Source: a virus (taxonomy: Duplodnaviria > Caudoviricetes). From it: a stretch of DNA of 64,000 nt. Positions 56,815 to 64,000 of this stretch are shown here, in pieces (position 1 is the first letter of the stretch; each line of letters opens with the position of its first letter). The notes under the pieces were generated by a model. The model made no database searches and was not told the DNA's origin. It saw nothing but the letters and a program-made list of their open reading frames with translations. Both the position numbers and the translations under genes were made by a program. Where the stretch lies: IMG/VR virus record IMGVR_UViG_3300032320_001447, positions 32,001-96,000 of that record; one strand, 5' to 3'.

Positions 56815-57447
56815 ATGAAAAAATTAACAGAAGAGCAAATCCTTGAGAACTTACAGAAGTTTTACGGATACATTGACAAGTATGTAACGTCTGATAGAAA
56901 AGACTCTTTACTGGAATTTTATAAGAGTAGAGAAGTTACCCTAGCTATTAGTCCAGCCTCTACTAAATTAGCACATCACAACTGTTTTCCAGGTGGATAC
57001 GTTGAACATATTAATAGAGTAGTTGAAGCCGCTTTAGTAATGGATAAAGTATGGGAGCGCTTTGGTCAGAAGAAAGATTATACCATTGAAGAATTAGTAT
57101 TCTCTGCAATTAATCATGACCTAGGTAAATTGGGCACTAACGAACAGCCTTTCTATATTCCTAACGACTCTTCTTGGCATGTAGAGAAACAAGGCGCTCA
57201 TTTTAAATACAATAGCAACATCACTCACATGAGAATCGCGGATAGAAGTTTATTCTATTTACAAGAAGCTGGTATTTCTGTTAGCGAAAATGAATTCTTA
57301 GCAATCAAATTACACGATGGATTGTACGAAGAATCAAACAAAGCGTATTACATTACGTACAGTTCTGACTCTGAATTAAAATCTAATTTACCTTACATAC
57401 TTCATCAAGCCGATTTAATGGCTTCGAGAGTAGAAACACAAATTTAA
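56815..57447 (+). CDS. HD-domain phosphohydrolase
   Basis: HH..FPGGYVEH, HDLGK, HDG and LHQAD motifs. Confidence 0.85.
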   Translation: MKKLTEEQILENLQKFYGYIDKYVTSDRKDSLLEFYKSREVTLAISPASTKLAHHNCFPGGYVEHINRVVEAALVMDKVWERFGQKKDYTIEELVFSAINHDLGKLGTNEQPFYIPNDSSWHVEKQGAHFKYNSNITHMRIADRSLFYLQEAGISVSENEFLAIKLHDGLYEESNKAYYITYSSDSELKSNLPYILHQADLMASRVETQI

Positions 57448-57453
57448 AATAAA

Positions 57454-57726
57454 ATGACTGGAACAATTGCACTAGTATTATGGTTCGCCACTATTTTTGG
57501 AGCTATAGTATATAATTTATACAGAAAGAACAAACGTTTAGAAGAGATTGTACTTAATCAAAGTGGTTTTGTAAACGATACAATGTCTTTATTAGACGAG
57601 TTTAACGGCTTAGTAAATAAAATAGACATGACAATGTGGGTTCAATCAGATCCAGAGTTGTTATCTTTATTCGAAACAATTAAAGCAATTCAATTACGCG
57701 TTCAACAATTTACAGGGAGAAAATAA
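57454..57726 (+). CDS. small membrane protein
   Basis: N-terminal TM helix followed by a coiled coil. Confidence 0.65.
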   Translation: MTGTIALVLWFATIFGAIVYNLYRKNKRLEEIVLNQSGFVNDTMSLLDEFNGLVNKIDMTMWVQSDPELLSLFETIKAIQLRVQQFTGRK

Positions 57727-57729
57727 ACC

Positions 57730-58488
57730 ATGGCAGAAGACTTAATAGTTGAAGCAGAACCTGATATGGGTCTTACCATTAAAGGTACTCCTAGAATAAG
57801 AAAACCAAAAACAAAGAATGTTTACTTTACCTCTGAAACTGAAGAGGCAATCTTAAGATATCGTGCTGCTCCAAATCAAGCGTTAGCAAATCAAATTTAT
57901 AACAAAGATATTCACTACGCATTTTATAAATTAGCCGAGAATATTATCCACACTTTTAAGTTTTATTATACAGAAGTAGATAATATTGAAGATCTTAAGT
58001 TTGAGGTTATCTCTTTTCTTTTACAAAAATTGCACCTTTACGATCAATCAAAAGGAAAAGCCTATTCTTATTTCGGTACCATTGCTAAAAGATATTTAAT
58101 TATCTACAATCAAAAGAACTATAAAAAAATGGTTTCTAAGATACAAGTAGAAGAGATTGATAACGCTAATAGTACTCATGAAACCTTAATCCTAGAACCA
58201 GAATCCTCTGATATTAATAGAGTTTCTGTAATAGATCAATTCATAAAATATGTTGACGCCAATTTAACTGAACTATTCGATAAAGAAGTAGAAATTAAAG
58301 TGGCAGATTCTATAATAGAGGTCTTTAAAAGAAGAGAAAACATAGACATTTTTAATAAAAAAGCTCTATTCATATACATAAAAGAGATGACCGATTGTCA
58401 ATCCAATACTATTACAAAGGTTATTAAGAAGCTTAAAACCGTATACAAGGAAGTATTGGACCACCACATTGAAAACGTAGACCAGTAA
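57730..58488 (+). CDS. putative late sigma factor (T4 gp55-like)
   Basis: YF....E.AI..Y, KLAENII and YDQSKGKAYSYFGTIAKRYL resemble sigma region 2 of gp55-like factors. Confidence 0.65.
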   Translation: MAEDLIVEAEPDMGLTIKGTPRIRKPKTKNVYFTSETEEAILRYRAAPNQALANQIYNKDIHYAFYKLAENIIHTFKFYYTEVDNIEDLKFEVISFLLQKLHLYDQSKGKAYSYFGTIAKRYLIIYNQKNYKKMVSKIQVEEIDNANSTHETLILEPESSDINRVSVIDQFIKYVDANLTELFDKEVEIKVADSIIEVFKRRENIDIFNKKALFIYIKEMTDCQSNTITKVIKKLKTVYKEVLDHHIENVDQ

Positions 58489-58495
58489 TATTTAT
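58488..58495 (+). promoter_or_regulatory. putative late promoter ATATTTAT
   Basis: Motif flips orientation with the genes; upstream of 58508. Confidence 0.6.
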
Positions 58496-58507
58496 TTTAA
58501 AAATCCT

Positions 58508-58861
58508 ATGGAACTAGAAAAGGAAATCTTCCCTGGCAAGACTTTGGCGGAATTGGTGGAAGAGGTTTACAACAAACACAAGTCCCAAGATTCTACGATA
58601 AAATCTGAAATACTACGTCTAGCTGATATGATTGATGGTCCTGGCGATGCTATAGTTCTTATGCCCATGATCAAAGGCTTATTAGACTCTAGTCTTAAGA
58701 ACGATGAGGTACTAATGAAAATACTTGGTGCTTTTCAAAAATCCGCTGACGCAAAAGACAAATCTGTAGAAGATGGCGGTCTTTTATCAGAAAAAGATAT
58801 CGAGCAATTAATGAGCGAAGTTACTTCAATGGCTCCTAAAAAACAACTACCTAACGCATAA
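58508..58861 (+). CDS. hypothetical protein
   Basis: 117-aa helical ORF, TAATG-coupled to the next gene. Confidence 0.7.
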   Translation: MELEKEIFPGKTLAELVEEVYNKHKSQDSTIKSEILRLADMIDGPGDAIVLMPMIKGLLDSSLKNDEVLMKILGAFQKSADAKDKSVEDGGLLSEKDIEQLMSEVTSMAPKKQLPNA

Positions 58862-59778
58862 TGGGACTAGATTATTTATTTGGTGATGAGTACTCAGCAT
58901 TCGAAAATACTTCAGGATTTTTCTACATTATAGGTAGAGTAAAAAGTATTGTGATGTCAGATGTATTAGAGGGTACTAGCACGCCAGATCCTAATTTTAC
59001 AAACTTTGGAGATATAGGTAAGATAAAATTTGAAGTATTATACTGTAGTCTTACCACCCTAAATACTGATCAAGCTAACAAACCAGCTTATCCAATATTT
59101 AGTTTTATGAATCAATATCCTCTAATAAACGAGATAGTGATCATATTTCCTGGACCTTCAGAGGCTTTAAATGATTCTTTTGAAACAAAAACATTATTCT
59201 ATTTACCGCCTTTTAATTTATGGAGATCTAGTCCTAATCACAGCGCAATGCCTAATTTAATTGAGTGGAGTAAGCAGTTATCAGATATAGGCAACCATCC
59301 TAATTACATTCAAGAAAATAATCAGCAAATTCAACTATTTCTTGGAAAATATTTTAAAGAAAAAAATGTAAGAAGATTAAAACCTTTTGAAGGTGATACA
59401 ATATTAGAATCTAGAAACGGTCAATCTTTAAGATTTGGAAGCACAACAGAAACCATTAGATCTTCTAATAACTGGTCTAGAAAAGGATCTCAGGGAAGTC
59501 CTATAACCATGATGATTAATGGTCAAGGAACTCCAAACAATAGAGCTAATTCTTTTGCTCCTACAATAGAAAATATTAATAAAGATGCTTCGTCTCTTTA
59601 TTTGACATACGATCAAGAGATTGTATTAGAGGATTTGAATAATTTTGTTTTTAGATCTTTCGGTAGAATAAATGCTCAATATCAAGAAAAAACCGACAAC
59701 ATTAGAATGACTTCTAAACCTATTATTTCAAATGAAATAGTAGATGCTAATACGCAAGACAAAAATTCAATAGGTTAA
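58861..59778 (+). CDS. putative baseplate hub/spike protein, N-terminal part (gp5/VgrG-like)
   Basis: OB-fold-like GRV...G.I.F...A.P...YP..NE.V; EGDTILESR.GQSLRFG; upstream of gp25. Confidence 0.45.
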   Translation: MGLDYLFGDEYSAFENTSGFFYIIGRVKSIVMSDVLEGTSTPDPNFTNFGDIGKIKFEVLYCSLTTLNTDQANKPAYPIFSFMNQYPLINEIVIIFPGPSEALNDSFETKTLFYLPPFNLWRSSPNHSAMPNLIEWSKQLSDIGNHPNYIQENNQQIQLFLGKYFKEKNVRRLKPFEGDTILESRNGQSLRFGSTTETIRSSNNWSRKGSQGSPITMMINGQGTPNNRANSFAPTIENINKDASSLYLTYDQEIVLEDLNNFVFRSFGRINAQYQEKTDNIRMTSKPIISNEIVDANTQDKNSIG

Positions 59779-59780
59779 AA

Positions 59781-60215
59781 ATGTTAGATAAATTAATATT
59801 TCCATATAATAAAGCGCAAATTATACTATCTTCTGATAGAGTATTACTACACTCTAAAAAAGATGCTATAATTTTAGCGGGTAAAAGAGCGGTTTCCATT
59901 TGTTCTACTGAAACTATAAACCTAGATGCTAAAGAAAAGATCCTATTAGATTGCGATATAATAGAACTAGGACACAAAGCCCAAGCTTTGGGAGAGAATG
60001 TAATATTAGGAAGAACTCTAGTTAATCAATTAAAGAATTTCTGCATCGTATTACAATCTGTTGGTCAACAAATGTCAAGGGTTGCTGAAAGTAAGGACAA
60101 AATAGCCGCTTCTATTACAGTTATTATGAATCAAGGATTCGAAATAGAATCAGCAGCATCTACTCTATTGGATTCCCTAGACTCTACGCTTTCTCAAAAT
60201 ACTTACACTAGATAA
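59781..60215 (+). CDS. putative baseplate spike-associated protein
   Basis: Short beta-strand periodicity QIILSSDRVLLHSKKDAIILAG...IELG...VILG. Confidence 0.45.
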   Translation: MLDKLIFPYNKAQIILSSDRVLLHSKKDAIILAGKRAVSICSTETINLDAKEKILLDCDIIELGHKAQALGENVILGRTLVNQLKNFCIVLQSVGQQMSRVAESKDKIAASITVIMNQGFEIESAASTLLDSLDSTLSQNTYTR

Positions 60216-60217
60216 CT

Positions 60218-62086
60218 ATGAGCGATCAATACTATGATGTAGATATAGACACCTTACAGATACTATCTAAGTTACCCGTAGATTTGAATAGCTATGATAC
60301 ATTGGGAGAGGGATTCGAAAAAGTAATAAATAAAATTGCTTTTAGTTGCTCTAAAATAAAAAAAAATATATCTAAAGTATTTTATGGAAAAACTAATTTA
60401 GCTCAAACAAATAGAACTACTGGCGCTAGAAGAACATTTCAAAATCCTTTACAGTTAGGACTAATTAGAGTTCTTACTTCTATAGCTTCTATAGACTTCT
60501 GCGCTATATTTAGTTTTGCTGCAAATCAAATACCTGATAATCTACAAAAATTTGATCCAACAAAACAACCCGAAGATCAAAGTCCTTTAGGTAGGAGAAA
60601 GTGGCAAATTCAAAAAAATGCATACGATGTACAAGTTATTATAGATAAATTTATGTCTGTTTATGCAGGATCCAATACAGCATTAAGTCTCGTGCCTAAG
60701 AATTCTCAAACACAAAGAGCCCTAAAATCTTTAATATCAGAGGTTACTTCAATATTAGAAGATTTAAACGATGTAAATTCTAGCGCTTCTTTAGTAAATC
60801 CTGAATTTTCAGAAACCTATCCTCAATCTACTGTACTAAGTAACTTTATAACTAACGCCATAGGTTCATTAAATAGAAAAATAGATCTAAGACAATTTAC
60901 AAACGATGATTTTAATTCTGTATTAGACACTATTAATAAAGTAAGACAAATTTGTATTACTATTCAAGCCATAAACGATCCTAAAAGCGTCTTACAACAA
61001 TTAGATACTTTTACAAAGGGCACAATATCTCGACAAATAAGACAATTAGATAATATCATAGACCCTTCTAAAGCAGTGCCTCTTTTAAAGTCAATAATAC
61101 AAGGAGTAAAAACGATTATAAACATAGCTAGACAAATAGCTTCTTTTATTTCTTTATTTCAAGTTATTATTAGAATATCTCTTTTATTGATTAAAATATT
61201 CTATAAGCTTAGAAAATTTTTCTTTGGCATACCTATTCCTCAAGTAGTTAACACAGTTGGAGTTCAAACTGCAATTTCCGCAACTTTTGAAGACGTCATT
61301 GTTAATAAAGGCATTACATTTTTCTTAAGAAGACTATTACAAATAAATGAACTTCTAAGCATTATAAAAAGTTTATGTTTGTATATTATTAATCAAATAG
61401 TAGTAATAATTCCTAAATTAGAATTAATATCAAGAAACCTATCTAGTTGCGATCAGTGTCCAGAGGAATTAAAACAAGATTATATTGACTCAATTCAACA
61501 ACTTAAAGATGCCCAAAAAGTATTACAGGATTTTATAGATATATCTAATAATGCTAGAATTGTCAAGGACAGATCTTATGGAGATTACATAATTCAAATA
61601 ATTACAGAAGAAACAACTGACACCGTTCTTTCTATAAAAAGAAGATTCGGAGTAGCTTTGGATAGAAATAAAATAAAAGTGGTACAATCTACACCCACCT
61701 TTGCTTCAGACGATAATATAATAGTGAACGAAGTTAAATTGCTTTTAAGCGCAGGAGGATTTGTTAATAAATCATTAACTGGACTGGATTCTTCTGATCT
61801 AACTATTATAATAGATTCATTAAATAATTTAGGAAATAACGATATTACCATAGACGATATAGATATAAGCTCTATTAGTATTAGCGATTTAGATCCTCCA
61901 GATAACGAAAATGAAAATGTAGGATTGGGACTAAATGCCTTTGTTAATAAGCTTCCTGGAGGTAAGGCCCTTAGAAAAAGAATGCGTAAAGCTATGGCAA
62001 ATCAAGCTCAAAATTTATCTGCTGATCTAAAATCAACGGATCCAAATGGAAAATATACATCTAACATAACTCCTACGCAAAATTAA
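60218..62086 (+). CDS. hypothetical protein (helical, hydrophobic central region) in baseplate cluster
   Basis: 622-aa ORF; synteny only. Confidence 0.6.
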   Translation: MSDQYYDVDIDTLQILSKLPVDLNSYDTLGEGFEKVINKIAFSCSKIKKNISKVFYGKTNLAQTNRTTGARRTFQNPLQLGLIRVLTSIASIDFCAIFSFAANQIPDNLQKFDPTKQPEDQSPLGRRKWQIQKNAYDVQVIIDKFMSVYAGSNTALSLVPKNSQTQRALKSLISEVTSILEDLNDVNSSASLVNPEFSETYPQSTVLSNFITNAIGSLNRKIDLRQFTNDDFNSVLDTINKVRQICITIQAINDPKSVLQQLDTFTKGTISRQIRQLDNIIDPSKAVPLLKSIIQGVKTIINIARQIASFISLFQVIIRISLLLIKIFYKLRKFFFGIPIPQVVNTVGVQTAISATFEDVIVNKGITFFLRRLLQINELLSIIKSLCLYIINQIVVIIPKLELISRNLSSCDQCPEELKQDYIDSIQQLKDAQKVLQDFIDISNNARIVKDRSYGDYIIQIITEETTDTVLSIKRRFGVALDRNKIKVVQSTPTFASDDNIIVNEVKLLLSAGGFVNKSLTGLDSSDLTIIIDSLNNLGNNDITIDDIDISSISISDLDPPDNENENVGLGLNAFVNKLPGGKALRKRMRKAMANQAQNLSADLKSTDPNGKYTSNITPTQN

Positions 62087-62092
62087 AAATCA

Positions 62093-62100
62093 ATATTTAT
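62093..62100 (+). promoter_or_regulatory. putative late promoter ATATTTAT
   Basis: Motif upstream of 62106. Confidence 0.6.
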
Positions 62101-62105
62101 AGGAT

Positions 62106-62579
62106 ATGGCAAAAACAAATCAAGTAGACTTACTTAGAAAATTGATCAGGGAAGAGGTTGCTAAAGCGATCCGCCAAGAAATGCCTACCATTTTAAAAGA
62201 GATTCAATCCTCAAGCTCTCCTAAAGAGGTTATAAAAGAATCAAAGAGACCTAAAATGGCTGTACCAGGCACACTAAACACACAACCAATGCGTCCTATG
62301 CCTAATTTCATGGGCAACCCTTTGGCAAACATGCTAAATGAAACAGCAATGGCAATGGGCGATACGGACGAAATATCTTTCAACACCTCAGACATTGGTC
62401 CTAATTCAATAGGAGTAGACCCAACTAGTTTCTTTCAACCAAAACAAGTTGCAGTAGGAGACGTTAATGGTATGTTGGCAACAGCAAGACCTAGTTCTGA
62501 TCCAAGTATGGTACAAATAAACGAGGTACCTGATTTCACAGATTTAATGAACAAAATGAGATCTAAAGGCGTAATATAA
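62106..62579 (+). CDS. hypothetical protein
   Basis: LLRKLIREEV...LNETA motifs; TAATG-coupled to gp25. Confidence 0.65.
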   Translation: MAKTNQVDLLRKLIREEVAKAIRQEMPTILKEIQSSSSPKEVIKESKRPKMAVPGTLNTQPMRPMPNFMGNPLANMLNETAMAMGDTDEISFNTSDIGPNSIGVDPTSFFQPKQVAVGDVNGMLATARPSSDPSMVQINEVPDFTDLMNKMRSKGVI

Positions 62580-62992
62580 TGGCATACAATTTAAGAAAGA
62601 TAAATGTCGTCGATTTAAGACCTTCTATTGGAGTTGGAGTAAAGCTTCCATTTTCTGCTGCGACGGCTTTTACTTCTGTGTATAGCACTAAAGAGCAGAC
62701 TAAGTTCAATCTAATAAACTTTCTACTCACGGATAAAGGAGAAAGACCATTCAATCCTACTTTCGGAGTTGGATTAAGATCTAAACTTTTTGAACAAATA
62801 TCTCAAGTAAGCTTAGAAGAAATCGAAACTTCTATAAAATCTCAAGTAGAAAATAATTTTCCAAACGTTTTGATCAGAGATTTATCAGTTTTAGGAGATC
62901 TTGATAATAATTCCATTAAAATAAACTTCAGTTATGTACTAACAAATTCTAAAGAAACCGATACTGTTATACTAGAAATACAAAACGCTTAG
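62579..62992 (+). CDS. gp25: baseplate wedge subunit / sheath initiator (T4 gp25-like)
   Basis: NLINFLLT.KGERPFNPTFG.GL...LFE motif. Confidence 0.9.
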   Translation: MAYNLRKINVVDLRPSIGVGVKLPFSAATAFTSVYSTKEQTKFNLINFLLTDKGERPFNPTFGVGLRSKLFEQISQVSLEEIETSIKSQVENNFPNVLIRDLSVLGDLDNNSIKINFSYVLTNSKETDTVILEIQNA

Positions 62993-62994
62993 AC

Positions 62995-64000
62995 ATGTCC
63001 ACAAATAATAATATAGACATAAAATACCTTAATAAGAATTATTCTTCTTTTAAAGCAGATTTAATAGAGTACGCAAAATCTTATTACCCTACTACTTATA
63101 CAGATTTTAATCAAGCTAGTCCTGGTAGCATGTTTATCGAGATGGCTTCTTATGTAGGAGACGTTTTATCTTTCTATTTAGACAATCAATTACAAGAAAC
63201 TTTCTTACAATACGCTAAACAAAAGAATAATCTTTACACCATGGCTTATATGTTAGGCTATAGACCTAAAGTTACAAGCGCAGCTATTGTAGATTTGAGT
63301 GTATATCAACAAGTCCCCTCTATATTTACAGCTGGCGTGTATATTCCAGATTTTACTTACGCTTTTTCTGTAGAACAAGGAATGCAAGTTAAGTCTAATG
63401 TTGATAGCTCTGTATTATTCTATTGTCCTCAAAAAGTAGATTTTAGAGTGTCTTCTTCTTTAGACCCTACAGAAGTAAGTGTATATACAGTTGATGCGTC
63501 AAACAATCCAACTAGTTTTCTACTTAAAAAGAATACTGACGCAATATCTGGTCAAGTTAAAACACAAACATTCTCTTTTGGTAATGCTGAAAGATTTCCA
63601 ACCATAACTTTACAAGATAGCAATATTATCACTATATTAGAAGCTGTAGACTCTAATGGAAATGCATGGTATGAAGTTCCTTATTTGGCTCAAGACTATA
63701 TATTAAACCCAGTTACTAATACTTCTACTCAAGAAAAGAATCAAGTTCCTTACATGATCCAAAAGGTAAGAACAAATAGAAGATTTGTTACTAGATTCAA
63801 ATCAAACGAAACTTTGGAAATAGAGTTCGGTCCAGGAGTTAATTCTGTTGCTGATTCTGCAATTGTTCCTAATCCCAATTCTGTTTCTGTTGGAAATGCA
63901 AATGGCGGTCTTAGCACTTTATCAAGTTCTTTTGATCCCACTAACTTTGTAACTACTCAAACTTATGGTTTGGCTCCTAAAAATACGACTATTACTTTTA
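62995..64000 (+). CDS. gp6: baseplate wedge protein (T4 gp6-like), partial
   Basis: Manual translation YLNKNYSSFKADLIEYAKSYYP...DFN..SPG.MFIEMASYVGDVLSFYLD...MLGYRPK; open to the window end. Confidence 0.85.
   Translation, partial: MSTNNNIDIKYLNKNYSSFKADLIEYAKSYYPTTYTDFNQASPGSMFIEMASYVGDVLSFYLDNQLQETFLQYAKQKNNLYTMAYMLGYRPKVTSAAIVDLSVYQQVPSIFTAGVYIPDFTYAFSVEQGMQVKSNVDSSVLFYCPQKVDFRVSSSLDPTEVSVYTVDASNNPTSFLLKKNTDAISGQVKTQTFSFGNAERFPTITLQDSNIITILEAVDSNGNAWYEVPYLAQDYILNPVTNTSTQEKNQVPYMIQKVRTNRRFVTRFKSNETLEIEFGPGVNSVADSAIVPNPNSVSVGNANGGLSTLSSSFDPTNFVTTQTYGLAPKNTTITF

Noticed and set aside
59760-59800. Programmed frameshift or readthrough joining 58861-59778 and 59781-60215
   Set aside because: The second ORF has its own ATG two bases after the stop and no convincing slippery site; two separate genes is the simpler reading.
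59747-63941. Minus-strand ORFs within the baseplate cluster
   Set aside because: Antisense to well-supported plus-strand genes, including gp25 and gp6.
1-64000. Stop-codon reassignment, tRNAs, introns or inteins
   Set aside because: Core genes are full-length in the standard code with TAA and TAG as stops; terminase, portal and primase have normal lengths; no tRNA recognised by eye.

Overview
This 64 kb window comes from a large, AT-rich, T4-like myophage using the standard genetic code. The lack of Shine-Dalgarno motifs and the A-rich start contexts suggest a Bacteroidota host (inference). The minus strand (1-56 kb) carries, in transcription order: primase, a fused Mre11-Rad50, a nucleotidyltransferase, a block of probable head-internal proteins, a GH19 endolysin, terminase, portal, prohead protease, scaffold, major capsid protein, PhoH and neck/tail-terminator genes. 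These are followed by about 28 kb of fibre/adhesin genes: giant Ser/Gly/Thr-rich fibres, nine LamG/ConA lectin paralogues and a TPS-repeat protein. The plus strand (56-64 kb) carries a glutaredoxin, an HD protein, a gp55-like late sigma factor and baseplate genes. The most notable unexplained signals are: (1) an 18-aa peptide identical between the predicted mature capsid N-arm and a portal-operon protein, with 9 of 18 codons synonymously different; (2) matching GGAAA..GAA-loop hairpins exactly 8 nt before two fibre genes that both start MxNEF, plus other structured leaders; (3) three repeated 'large fibre + three LamG' units and a LamG deletion scar; (4) a 17-copy ATATTTAT putative late promoter that reads as the reverse complement of the T4 late promoter; (5) a 57-bp piece of the scaffold gene copied into a membrane-protein gene 34 kb away; and (6) a pervasive (S/T)-G-S motif in virion proteins. 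All product calls come from motif recognition only; no searches were run.
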